A stretch of 64,000 nt of DNA from a virus (taxonomy: Duplodnaviria; Heunggongvirae; Uroviricota; Caudoviricetes): the IMG/VR virus record IMGVR_UViG_3300021400_000932; one strand, 5' to 3'. Positions within the stretch are counted from its first letter, which is position 1; each line of letters begins with the position of its first letter. Positions 9,100 through 18,890 of this stretch are shown piece by piece. Below the pieces are notes generated by a model. That model was given only the letters and a program-made list of their open reading frames with translations, made no database searches and had not been told where the DNA came from. The position numbers and the translations under genes were made by a program.

Positions 9100-10695
9100 T
9101 TATAATGTCACAAGGTCATCGGAGTCTCCAACTATTTCGACAGGCTCTGAAACTGCATTAGCAGATACAGATGGAATTCCAACGGAACCATAAACCAGCG
9201 ATTTTAGTTCGGAAACAGAAGTAGTCGATGTCACCGGCACATTAACTTGCACACCAAGGATGTCAGCATAGTTATCTACACAGGCTTGCTGATATTCACC
9301 CAACAGGCGTTCACAAGCCTCAACCCTTTGAGTAAGGTTCTCTATCTCTACATCACGGTTTGATATATCTGATTGCAGGGTTTCACATTCCTCGACGGTT
9401 TCTCGGAGCTCTGCTTGCAAATCAGCAATAGTAGAATCTTTCTCCTTGAGCTGCTGTGCGCTCGATTCTATCTTTCTGTTATATATAAGGTTATTTTTTT
9501 CGGCATCTTTTTGATTACGAATTTTTGTGTTTGCAGTAATCAAAGATTGCTCTGCTTTTGATAATTTTTGTTCGGTATCAGCTAAAGAAGCCTGAATTCG
9601 TTGCTTATCTTTACGAACAGCGGAAAGCTGTGCCTTTACAGATTGCAACTGGCTACCGATTTCTTCTTTTGCAAGTACGGTTGTGTGGAGATTAGACTTT
9701 AACTTCTTGTTTGTAGAAGCCAGCAAAGCAACCTTTCCTTCAGCCGCAGTAACTGCCTTTTTGGTTTCAGCCAGTTCAGACTCAACATCCTCTAACTGAG
9801 CAGCAAGAATTCTTCGGATTGCTTTAGTTTCTTTATCTCTTGTCAATCTTCCGGATGCAAAAGTAGCTTGCAGACTATTGATATTGCATTGTGCGTCATT
9901 GATTTGCTTGACTAACTCATGATTTGCTCGGAACTGTTCAAGATACATCTTAGTCATCGCTTTTACTCTTTCCTCTAAAACGGAAATATATAAAGCACTA
10001 TCAATATCATCACAGCAATTATCAACATTGCAGTCAGTTGTATCAGTAGGGATTCCACCGGTTAATTCCACCTCACGGGCCTCTACATCTTTGTATTCAT
10101 CAGAAATCGGATTTAATTGCTCCTGCAAGGTACTCAATGCAGTAGAACTTGTGATGCCGGTAAGATTCTTCTTGATGGCTGCCTTAATCTTTTTATACTT
10201 ATGCTGTTTTTCCACATCAGAAGATGCAGCCACATCTGCATAAGTCGGTATAGCATCATTATATGCAGGGAATGTAACAAGGTCATATCCTCTGAATACA
10301 AATGTTTCTGGGTCAACTGTTCCATCGACATCTACATCTCCGGCACCTCTGATAGAAATACCGAAAGTAACACCGGCGTCAATAAAAGCCTTGACTACTC
10401 GACCGACAGGAGTATCAATCAAATCAAACTTGCAGATTACTTCACCCTTGTCATTCATCTGCATATCACGCATAACTATACAAGCATTGCGGAAATCCAT
10501 ACAACCAGGGTCTTCCGGATGTCCTAAGTAACCTATGTACCAGCCATTCTCAATAGCTGTCTTATATTCTTCCGAATTTACAAGTATATCGAATAAATCT
10601 TTGCCTAAATGCATAGAATTATTATTCATTACATTAGCATCGCAAGATTTACCCTCAAATGTACCAATTATGGTAGACTTTGCCATTTCAACCAA
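9100..10695 (-). CDS. Prohead protease (T4 gp21-like) fused to a coiled-coil scaffold-like region
   Basis: GYLGHP, DTPVGRVVKA, GISIRGAG and DLVTFPAY motifs followed by a long coiled coil. Confidence 0.85.
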   Translation of the reverse strand: MVEMAKSTIIGTFEGKSCDANVMNNNSMHLGKDLFDILVNSEEYKTAIENGWYIGYLGHPEDPGCMDFRNACIVMRDMQMNDKGEVICKFDLIDTPVGRVVKAFIDAGVTFGISIRGAGDVDVDGTVDPETFVFRGYDLVTFPAYNDAIPTYADVAASSDVEKQHKYKKIKAAIKKNLTGITSSTALSTLQEQLNPISDEYKDVEAREVELTGGIPTDTTDCNVDNCCDDIDSALYISVLEERVKAMTKMYLEQFRANHELVKQINDAQCNINSLQATFASGRLTRDKETKAIRRILAAQLEDVESELAETKKAVTAAEGKVALLASTNKKLKSNLHTTVLAKEEIGSQLQSVKAQLSAVRKDKQRIQASLADTEQKLSKAEQSLITANTKIRNQKDAEKNNLIYNRKIESSAQQLKEKDSTIADLQAELRETVEECETLQSDISNRDVEIENLTQRVEACERLLGEYQQACVDNYADILGVQVNVPVTSTTSVSELKSLVYGSVGIPSVSANAVSEPVEIVGDSDDLVTL

Positions 10696-10708
10696 CCTCT
10701 CTCAAAAA

Positions 10709-11074
10709 TTAGTTCAGCAAATGCTTTTTAGCGAATTTAATCATGCCACCAAGCAATAAAGATTTGACAGCATCCTTGATTATTCCGCCCTCGATAGGCT
10801 CTTCGGTCACTTCAAGCCCATCTTCGAGTTCTTCAAAAGCGTTTGAATTGGTTTCTTCTATAATATCGACAACTTCATCTTCGACCTCAACAGATTCGGA
10901 AGAATCGTCATCTATCATATATATAGAATCTCCGACCGTAAGCTGCAACTGACCATCGGGTGTTTCAGCAATAATAATGGTTTTGTCCTTTAGTTCATCA
11001 ATCTGCAATAGTAAATCTACTACCGACGCAGGTGTGAACATCAACTGACAATCTGAACTATTTGTAACTGCCAT
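10709..11074 (-). CDS. Hypothetical acidic virion protein
   Basis: 121-aa ORF within the structural operon. Confidence 0.55.
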   Translation of the reverse strand: MAVTNSSDCQLMFTPASVVDLLLQIDELKDKTIIIAETPDGQLQLTVGDSIYMIDDDSSESVEVEDEVVDIIEETNSNAFEELEDGLEVTEEPIEGGIIKDAVKSLLLGGMIKFAKKHLLN

Positions 11075-11087
11075 AGCATTATACCCC

Positions 11088-12410
11088 TTATGTTAAATGT
11101 GAAGTATCCCATGTTTGTATGTTGTTATGCGGAACAGGGTCATTACAACCAAACCAACCAGGCCAATCTTGTGTCGATTGGTCTTCCCACTTCCACGGAT
11201 GGTTTAACATTTCTACCCAATGCAATCTGCGTTCGGTGTTCTGCCAACCACCATAGTCCTCTACGGAACCAAGCTGTATTTTCCAAACAATCTGCACAAC
11301 TTCATTGTAACCAACCCGAAGAATTGACTGTCGCAACAAGTTTCTGTTTTCTTCAACAGTCATATCCCAGTTGTCTTTGTTCGGCGGTGCGATTCTGTAT
11401 CCTGCAAGCATTCCAGCACCGGATGGGATTTCTTTACCGGTTTCAGAATCTTCTCTCGTTCCATACTCACGAGATGCCCACAATCCAGCCTCAGTTACGA
11501 ATATGTAATCATTTTGAACTGTTTGGTCGCCTATTTTTGTGTATCCCCTAAACTGCTTTAATGCACCGGTAGAAATCATTGCACTAAATACAATGTCTAT
11601 CGTCTTTGGGATTTCTGAATCTATCTCCGGTATTATAGTTCGATAAGAAATAGGAACTCTTTGGAATCTTGGAGAAATCAATTCGCAATCTACACTTTTT
11701 GTTACAAGAAGATTGCTGTCAAAGTAAATTATTTTTAGTATATCGGAACTATCTAAAGCATCGGACAGCAAAAGAACGGAGTAATCATGTTCCTCGACAG
11801 CTTCATCGCGAAATGTGTAATTGACACCGAGTTTTAATTCAACATCATTCACATAGACTTTAGGTTTTGTATCTATTCCAGACCTATCTACTTTGTGCTG
11901 TAGGCGAAATTCCGTCTTGTCTGTATACTGTGGGTCATTACCGTAAAATTCTTCTTCAAACCAACCGTTATATGTCCTATCCGAAAATTGTGGCCCCAAA
12001 CCAAACCAAGCTCTGCCATTGTTGGTCTTTTCATCATAACCGTCAGCACCGAACCCAGGAACTTTATTCATATAGTCAATGCAGTCAGCTTCAAAATTTG
12101 GTTCTTCGCCCTCTGCATATTGAATTGAACCAAGGTCAGTCGGTAATCCGTTTTCATCACAATTCTGACTTCTCAATCCCATAGTTCCGAGAGATATGTA
12201 CTTCGGAACCCACATATGAAGCATATCCCAACCTTGGTTTAATGTTCCATCGCCGAGAAGATAATGACCAATACCCATAAGCATGGAGTTTGTGACGGCA
12301 TTGTGTCCTTCGTGATGTCTTTTCAGTTTGTGGGTTATAGCATCATATACATTGAATGACACATTATGATTTATTGCAAAATTCTTTCCTATCTCAGAAA
12401 AAGGATTCAT
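11088..12410 (-). CDS. Baseplate/tail-fibre attachment protein
   Basis: HNAVTN..YISLGT..VTEAGLW pattern typical of fibre-proximal baseplate proteins. Confidence 0.55.
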   Translation of the reverse strand: MNPFSEIGKNFAINHNVSFNVYDAITHKLKRHHEGHNAVTNSMLMGIGHYLLGDGTLNQGWDMLHMWVPKYISLGTMGLRSQNCDENGLPTDLGSIQYAEGEEPNFEADCIDYMNKVPGFGADGYDEKTNNGRAWFGLGPQFSDRTYNGWFEEEFYGNDPQYTDKTEFRLQHKVDRSGIDTKPKVYVNDVELKLGVNYTFRDEAVEEHDYSVLLLSDALDSSDILKIIYFDSNLLVTKSVDCELISPRFQRVPISYRTIIPEIDSEIPKTIDIVFSAMISTGALKQFRGYTKIGDQTVQNDYIFVTEAGLWASREYGTREDSETGKEIPSGAGMLAGYRIAPPNKDNWDMTVEENRNLLRQSILRVGYNEVVQIVWKIQLGSVEDYGGWQNTERRLHWVEMLNHPWKWEDQSTQDWPGWFGCNDPVPHNNIQTWDTSHLT

Positions 12411-12422
12411 ACTCTAATCGCC

Positions 12423-13007
12423 TCACGGAATTTCATTCTCATATACTCTATGTTCTCGGTCTCCCTCATCTTCTTCTGTGTGCAAAGTCATCTTCGTTGT
12501 CCTATATGAATGAACTCCGCTAATAAAAAGTTCATAATCTCGATATGTTACTTCTTCGTCAAGCAAAGGCGGTGTTTCATAGATAACTTCCATTGCCTCG
12601 GAAGATGGCGGTTCTTTATTCGGTATAAATCTAAAAGATGTATCTGTAACCAATCTAGTACAATCAGCCCAAGATTCTTCAGTACCATCAGGAACTTTTC
12701 GAATACTACTCCCAGAAATATAAACATATTTTATACTCGCGATTGGATATTTAGTTGTATATGAAACATATTCCCAAGGATTTCCTGTAGTAAAGTGTTC
12801 TATGATTGTATAGACCTTTTTACCATCCTGCAATACATTCTCTCGAATTCGTCTATGAAGATTCGGATTAGTAAACCCCAATTCATCTTTTTCGAGGTCT
12901 TCCGCAGTTGCAGGTATCGCTTGGTTTTCCTGATTATGGATATCATCTTCATGCGGAGTTGAGATTGTCAACCGTTGTCCAGTCTTCGGAAATTCATTCA
13001 TATCCAT
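12423..13007 (-). CDS. Hypothetical structural protein
   Basis: 194 aa; class B motif upstream. Confidence 0.5.
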   Translation of the reverse strand: MDMNEFPKTGQRLTISTPHEDDIHNQENQAIPATAEDLEKDELGFTNPNLHRRIRENVLQDGKKVYTIIEHFTTGNPWEYVSYTTKYPIASIKYVYISGSSIRKVPDGTEESWADCTRLVTDTSFRFIPNKEPPSSEAMEVIYETPPLLDEEVTYRDYELFISGVHSYRTTKMTLHTEEDEGDREHRVYENEIP

Positions 13008-13056
13008 ACAATCTCAGCTCCTTTACAATAGAAATAACTCTATATATTATACAAGG

Positions 13057-14208
13057 TTAAATTTCGTCTGCTTTCTTATCCACCAATTTGTGGTCGGGGT
13101 CATCCTTATCGGTTACTAAGTAATGCCTATTGCCTTGTTCATCTTTAGGCAGTTCTATAGCATCTCCGATTTGTGCCATAATTGGATTAACAGCAGGTCT
13201 AGGTCTTGTTGCATACTCACTTCTATCTTCATCGAGAGTGGATACATCATAAATAAACCCAGGCTCATTTGTCTGGTTATACCGCAAGTTCCAATCCGGC
13301 TTTAAACTGCTATAGGGTTCTACCGTAACATCTTGAGGTTCATATCCCAAATCGAAAATAGGCTCAGTAAATAATGACCTTGTGATATGTTCATTATTGG
13401 AAAGCTGTAGGGAATACAGAGCTCTACTTCCTGCATCGACTGTTGGTTCTCCCTCAAATTCTCGGTTTCTTCTCCAAGCCTTGTGTCTAATGTCATCGGT
13501 ATCGTTAGCATGCAACTTCGGATGTTCCATATAATAATCAGGTGCAACCTGCGGAACATCGTACATCTTCTGCATCCTCGCATAGTCATCTCGGCTATAA
13601 TGACCAACTCTTGTCATTTTTTCAGACACACGAGCATCATTTATATTTGTAAGACGAGCATCGAGAGAGATTTTATTCCTTGCGTTGAAAGCTACACCGG
13701 CATGCTGAAAGCAATACATACCGAGAGGTCTTACATATTCAATGCAAGCATCAATGGGCTTCTTATCAGAAAAATACACAACATCTATGTACCCCTCCGG
13801 AGTATGTGCTGTCACATAAACAGAGTTTACCGGAATAGAAGTATCTTCCAACCGATTCTTCAAGATTTCTTTCTCTTTGCCATAATCTATAATGCTGTGT
13901 TGTGCGAGATTTACTTCCGCCGCAAGGGTGACGCCACTCTTACTACCCTTATATCTTATCATCGACATAAAATACAGCAGAACCAATCGGCAAAATGCTG
14001 CCGGAAGTCTATCATCATACTTATAGCCCATAGTTTCTGCAAGCATCCAAAGAAGATTCTCAGGACACCGCTGTGGGTCAAACAAGTCTACGATGTTCTC
14101 AGTATCAAATTTTACCTTATCTAAGGATGCTTCGAACCATTTAATGAAAAATCGAAAATCGGAGCTTTCTTTATAGACTTCTGGAATAGGAATATCTGAT
14201 ATTCTCAT
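13057..14208 (-). CDS. Baseplate wedge protein (P2 gpI-like)
   Basis: DPQRCPENLLWMLAETMG..YKGSKSGV motif; follows the gpJ-like gene. Confidence 0.75.
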   Translation of the reverse strand: MRISDIPIPEVYKESSDFRFFIKWFEASLDKVKFDTENIVDLFDPQRCPENLLWMLAETMGYKYDDRLPAAFCRLVLLYFMSMIRYKGSKSGVTLAAEVNLAQHSIIDYGKEKEILKNRLEDTSIPVNSVYVTAHTPEGYIDVVYFSDKKPIDACIEYVRPLGMYCFQHAGVAFNARNKISLDARLTNINDARVSEKMTRVGHYSRDDYARMQKMYDVPQVAPDYYMEHPKLHANDTDDIRHKAWRRNREFEGEPTVDAGSRALYSLQLSNNEHITRSLFTEPIFDLGYEPQDVTVEPYSSLKPDWNLRYNQTNEPGFIYDVSTLDEDRSEYATRPRPAVNPIMAQIGDAIELPKDEQGNRHYLVTDKDDPDHKLVDKKADEI

Positions 14209-14221
14209 TCATTCTCACCCC

Positions 14222-16120
14222 TTAATCTATAATACATGATGGTGCTACTCTGATATTTTGAGCAGATTCCGGAAGGTCGATGTATCTTGCGAAACTGATT
14301 GGATTGAAATACTCACTATCGCAGTTATAGTAATTCACTACCGGATTTGAAATAGAACCTGCATCAAAATATCTTATATGGTCATCGCAGTTTTGAATTA
14401 CATCTACAACTTCCATAATTGTTGGTTTCTGACCAAATTCTCTTGCAGCAGGGGAGAAATATAAGCGCAGAGCTTCTTTTGCGGTTTCTACGATAGCCTC
14501 TGCCACCTGAGAGCTTACAGGCTTAACAGTATATATCTCACCGGTTACATAGAAATTGAAGATGCGAGCATATCCGAATTCCATCTTAACAGACATAGCT
14601 TGCAACGGTTCATAGTCCTTTATAACATTCTCAACAAAAAGCTGAGGTGGCTTATACCGCATAAACTTAGTCGATTTTTTAATTTGAGCTTCGCTTGATA
14701 TACCGGAACCAAAATCACTATTCTTGAAATCATTATGAATAGCAAAACACATAGCGGTATATGTTTTGAAATTTGTAGCAAACACATACCGTTGCGGGTC
14801 TGACGGGTCAAAATCAAGGTCAAGAACAGATTGCCAATCAAAGATATCTCTACCTTCTGGGAAGTCATACTTTGTAATATACATTTTAGACTTCTGGGAA
14901 TCAGTAAGATTCTTATTGTTATAGATTTCCATATTGATTTCCAATGCCTTTTGGCAATCTATAACTATTCCGCAGTCTACGCCGGCCTCTCTATTTAGAA
15001 ATCTGTTGTAGTCATGCAGAGTAACAAGGCTATCCCATGTATTGATGTAGTTTCTGCTATTTACATAAGCCTCTTTTGCTGTTTCCGGAGAATTACCTGT
15101 TACCGTATAGGTATTTGGCAGTTCAACAGTATTAGATAAATTGCTTACTTGGATTTGACCGCTACCAGACACCAAGTCCTGATTAGGCTTTGCCAAAACT
15201 AAGTTCTGCAAGACATCTTTGTTTACGCAACCGATTACCCCTGAGCAATCTATCCAATAGATGATTAGATAGTTTCCATCGTAATTTTCAAGCTGATTCA
15301 AATAGTTACTAATTGTGACCTGTGCATTTGAATAGTTATCATATGTAACAGCAAATCTTGGTTCAGGTTCAATGAATTCTGCTGTAGTCTGACATTGTTT
15401 CCACTGAGTTTCTACATAGTCATCATCCGACATAGCAGCTTTCGCCTTAACCCAAATTGCAGTTGTGTCAATATGCTGTGATGGTAAGGTAATGACATAA
15501 TTCTGTTCTTTTACTTTAGATACGGGGATAGCAAATGACCGCAATTCACCCTCTATACCTACACGGGTACAAGAACCACCTCTCGGAAGTTTCACCACAT
15601 CTGAATTTGAAAATACATCAATGTCCGAAGTGAGTATAGAACGTCGGCTTCTTGATTCCGATGCACCATATGAATTGGTCTTTGGCAGTATATTATATGT
15701 GATGGTTCTTGCCTGTCCGGTAATATCGTCATAAGCGGTTACCGTTGAAAAATTATTACCATTGAAACCAAAATCTATAGTCAATACTTGGTCTGTGTTG
15801 TTAGTAAATGTAACTTCTGTTCTCGCAGCAGTATACCAGCCGAGAGTGTAGCCGATAAGACCAAACACCTTTTCTGCATCTTTTCTCTGTGATACAGATG
15901 GTGCAAACACCTCATTAGCAAGCCAATCGAGATTTACGCCAAGCATATCACCTGTACTCGCAAGAAGTTTAAGCAGAACCATACCTGGGTCTGCTTCTGC
16001 ATCCGGATACCACAAAGAAGTAAGTTTCGGTATTAGTGTCTTAAATTCTTGTAATAGGGAATCATAATCTCGGCTTGTGTAGTTTACAAGTCCCCTAGAA
16101 TAGCTTTCTTGTTTCGCCAT
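14222..16120 (-). CDS. Baseplate wedge subunit (T4 gp6/P2 gpJ-like)
   Basis: NYTSRDYDSL..DPGMVLL, GNSPET and LVTLHDY motifs. Confidence 0.8.
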   Translation of the reverse strand: MAKQESYSRGLVNYTSRDYDSLLQEFKTLIPKLTSLWYPDAEADPGMVLLKLLASTGDMLGVNLDWLANEVFAPSVSQRKDAEKVFGLIGYTLGWYTAARTEVTFTNNTDQVLTIDFGFNGNNFSTVTAYDDITGQARTITYNILPKTNSYGASESRSRRSILTSDIDVFSNSDVVKLPRGGSCTRVGIEGELRSFAIPVSKVKEQNYVITLPSQHIDTTAIWVKAKAAMSDDDYVETQWKQCQTTAEFIEPEPRFAVTYDNYSNAQVTISNYLNQLENYDGNYLIIYWIDCSGVIGCVNKDVLQNLVLAKPNQDLVSGSGQIQVSNLSNTVELPNTYTVTGNSPETAKEAYVNSRNYINTWDSLVTLHDYNRFLNREAGVDCGIVIDCQKALEINMEIYNNKNLTDSQKSKMYITKYDFPEGRDIFDWQSVLDLDFDPSDPQRYVFATNFKTYTAMCFAIHNDFKNSDFGSGISSEAQIKKSTKFMRYKPPQLFVENVIKDYEPLQAMSVKMEFGYARIFNFYVTGEIYTVKPVSSQVAEAIVETAKEALRLYFSPAAREFGQKPTIMEVVDVIQNCDDHIRYFDAGSISNPVVNYYNCDSEYFNPISFARYIDLPESAQNIRVAPSCIID

Positions 16121-16132
16121 AAGTACTACTCC

Positions 16133-16543
16133 TTACTGATTTTCTTTTATGTCGATATCCAGCGATGCGGTAGAATCATATATTGTTTTTAGTGCAACAG
16201 TCATTTCTAGCTTATGTGGCTTGATACGAATATCATCCGGCTGACCTGTAAAGATAAGACCGTCCGCCCACTCTGTCTTGTCGGGAACAACACAAGGTTC
16301 ATAAGCTCGTAATTGTTCTACAATTCTATCTCTGACTTCCGCACGAACATTTTCAGTATTATATCTTCCGATATATCTTCTAAGTCCAACACCCTGTTCC
16401 GGTTCATTATACAAAGAGGTTGGGTCAGTCAGCATAAGAAGTCTTGTCCTGTTGACTATGGAAATGCTATCCGTTAAAACAGATACCTTATTTTGAGATA
16501 CATCGAACATTCTAGGAAATGCTAATGATGTGGTATTTGGCAA
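16133..16543 (-). CDS. Baseplate protein (T4 gp25/P2 gpW-like)
   Basis: LLMLTDP..EPEQGVGL..YEP pattern; TTG start. Confidence 0.75.
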   Translation of the reverse strand: MPNTTSLAFPRMFDVSQNKVSVLTDSISIVNRTRLLMLTDPTSLYNEPEQGVGLRRYIGRYNTENVRAEVRDRIVEQLRAYEPCVVPDKTEWADGLIFTGQPDDIRIKPHKLEMTVALKTIYDSTASLDIDIKENQ

Positions 16544-16569
16544 GTTTCATCACTCTCCCATATATAAAA

Positions 16570-16580
16570 TATAAAAGGTT
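16570..16580 (-). promoter_or_regulatory. Class B (putative late) promoter motif AACCTTNTATA
   Basis: Recurs upstream of structural and lysis genes. Confidence 0.6.
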
Positions 16581-16581
16581 T

Positions 16582-16890
16582 TTACACTTTGTATGTATAA
16601 GCAGAGAAATATGATGCCCCAGTTAAACCTATCACAAGGAAATTCGTATTTGTATTGCTATTGGATGTAGTAGCAAGCGCAACCACATCGCCATCGTTTG
16701 GTTGGTGCGGAAGTATTAAAGATTGATAATATGGCAAATCAGCATCTTCGACATAATTTCTAAGAATTTTACCCTTTGCATCATCTTTCCGATATGGACC
16801 ATGTATGTTGGGTATCCTCACTCTAATTAATAAAGTGTTATCTCCGGTGTAATAACAGTCTTTCGCATATCCATATACTATCATAAGCAA
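16582..16890 (-). CDS. Baseplate spike OB-fold protein (gp5 N-terminal-like)
   Basis: IRVRIPNIHG..P..GDVV..VIG pattern. Confidence 0.6.
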   Translation of the reverse strand: MLMIVYGYAKDCYYTGDNTLLIRVRIPNIHGPYRKDDAKGKILRNYVEDADLPYYQSLILPHQPNDGDVVALATTSNSNTNTNFLVIGLTGASYFSAYTYKV

Positions 16891-16896
16891 TTCTCC

Positions 16897-18873
16897 TTAT
16901 CTAGTTAAATCAATATCATAAGCCCAGCCCCACTTTGGGTGGTGAGTTCTGCCATTTACATAGGTTGTATAGTAGTCTATCCACCAGTCTAAATCATCTT
17001 TCATAACTCCGCCACTACCGCCACCGGCATAGACCTTATTATTTCCTACATATATTCCCACATGACCATAAATTGAACCCATATAGGTATTCGCATGATT
17101 ATCTATGGCGATTATCATTCCTGGTTTTAATTGAGATTTATTTGAGTATTTGCAGTAATTGTCATAATATCCACAAGCATCCTGAGCATAAAATGTTCTG
17201 CCTAATCCTGCATTGTTGAATACGTTTGCTATCCATTGACCACACAAACTTGCACCGGAATTAGGCGTTGTTTCGGCGGCATTCAAGACTTTTTTCTGCT
17301 TGTTCGCAATAGAACCATCAGAAACAGTACCGCCAGATTTAATTTTATTGAAGTAACTTACTGCGGTATTTTGTCGTTTAATTGATTCACTATCTACACT
17401 AGCAGGAATCTCAAATCTTCTAACAAAGGCATCAGCGGCCGTCTTGCAACCAGCTTCGGTATTCGGAACACCGCGTAATGTACTAAGCACCCCACTATAA
17501 TTTGTTTCAAGGTCATGCCAAAGATAATCTAACTGACCGGATAAATTGTTTGCCCAGTTACTGCCGACAAAATTTTTCATGGCGGTGCCACGACCGGCGT
17601 GCCACTGACAAATTCCAAATGATGTACCACCATCGCCTACAGCGGCTGGATTAAAGCCAGATTCGTGATTTATATTTCCGGCTACCCCACAAGCGGCCGC
17701 AGCATTTAGTCCCTTACCAATCAAGTAATCAATAACAGTTTTACAGTTACCGGATAGTTCAGAAGTATCATAATCTCCACTTGATGTGCTACCATCTCCG
17801 CCATAACCATACAAACGCCATAAATCCGCAAGTAACGGAGTATAGTTCATTACACATAGCCGCATTTTTGACGGAACGAGTGTATGGTTATAGTCCTTAT
17901 CCAGAAAACCTACTTCCCTTAATATTGCATCTGCTCGTGTGTATGAAGTATCGTATAGAAGACCTCCACCACCATCAGACAACCCAACGTATGAACCACC
18001 GGCGGACCCCCAATCAGGTGTAGCAAATTGATAAAACATACCATTTGGTAGAGTGTATGTGCTACTTCCAGATAACAGTCCTCCAGTGTCAGACCTAGAG
18101 GTATTAACATGATTCCCCTCACAGGATGTGAAACTATTACCGCTTACAGAATAAACTATACCAACATGATATCCGGAATTTTGCCCTGAATGATGCAAAG
18201 AAAATAAATCTCCTGGCTTTGGTGTGTAGCTGTTTGCTGAATGAAGTGTACCACCAAGACTTTTAACACCATTCATCATTCCATCTACCCAACCTACTTC
18301 TGGGATTATTTTACCAAGCACACCAACCTTTTTAGCACAAGCACAAATAAAATACGCGCACCAGTCAGCATATCCAGACATCCCAAGAACACCACGAGTC
18401 CAGTCTTCAAAAGACTCACCATTAGAATGCTGTTTTGCAACTTTTAGAAATTCTTCAAGGATATTAGTTCCACCAGACAGCGCCTTACCACTTTTAGAAT
18501 CATACTTAGTTAGATTATTCTCATTTATTATAGATTTTATAGAAGAATAGTACTGTGCTTCTGTTCCAGGACAGTAGTGAGAATCTACAAAGGCACGGTA
18601 ATAGGCATCTAATGTTGTAGCATCGCGAGCTGCCGCCATTCCGCCAAGAACCGTGTCAGTATAATATCCCTTTACACAAGCATCCCAAGAGGAATAATAT
18701 TTGCCTGGCCCGATTCCCAAAATATTATTTTTGCTTGTAGCTGCCGCAGATGTTCCATACCCACTTTCCAAACAAGCCTGTGCTATAGCAAAACTTATAA
18801 TGTGGAATTTGTATTGTGCGCCATATTTCTGAAACATAGGAACAACTTTGTTCAGGAAAGAACTAACCGACAT
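16897..18873 (-). CDS. Virion-associated peptidoglycan hydrolase: GH73-like + CHAP + tail lysozyme + CHAP/NlpC-like
   Basis: AQACLESGYG; WCAYF..HVGIV..EGN; GNINHESG..GICQW..FEIP; CGQW..GHVGIY. Confidence 0.8.
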   Translation of the reverse strand: MSVSSFLNKVVPMFQKYGAQYKFHIISFAIAQACLESGYGTSAAATSKNNILGIGPGKYYSSWDACVKGYYTDTVLGGMAAARDATTLDAYYRAFVDSHYCPGTEAQYYSSIKSIINENNLTKYDSKSGKALSGGTNILEEFLKVAKQHSNGESFEDWTRGVLGMSGYADWCAYFICACAKKVGVLGKIIPEVGWVDGMMNGVKSLGGTLHSANSYTPKPGDLFSLHHSGQNSGYHVGIVYSVSGNSFTSCEGNHVNTSRSDTGGLLSGSSTYTLPNGMFYQFATPDWGSAGGSYVGLSDGGGGLLYDTSYTRADAILREVGFLDKDYNHTLVPSKMRLCVMNYTPLLADLWRLYGYGGDGSTSSGDYDTSELSGNCKTVIDYLIGKGLNAAAACGVAGNINHESGFNPAAVGDGGTSFGICQWHAGRGTAMKNFVGSNWANNLSGQLDYLWHDLETNYSGVLSTLRGVPNTEAGCKTAADAFVRRFEIPASVDSESIKRQNTAVSYFNKIKSGGTVSDGSIANKQKKVLNAAETTPNSGASLCGQWIANVFNNAGLGRTFYAQDACGYYDNYCKYSNKSQLKPGMIIAIDNHANTYMGSIYGHVGIYVGNNKVYAGGGSGGVMKDDLDWWIDYYTTYVNGRTHHPKWGWAYDIDLTR

Positions 18874-18890
18874 ACTGATACCTCATATAC

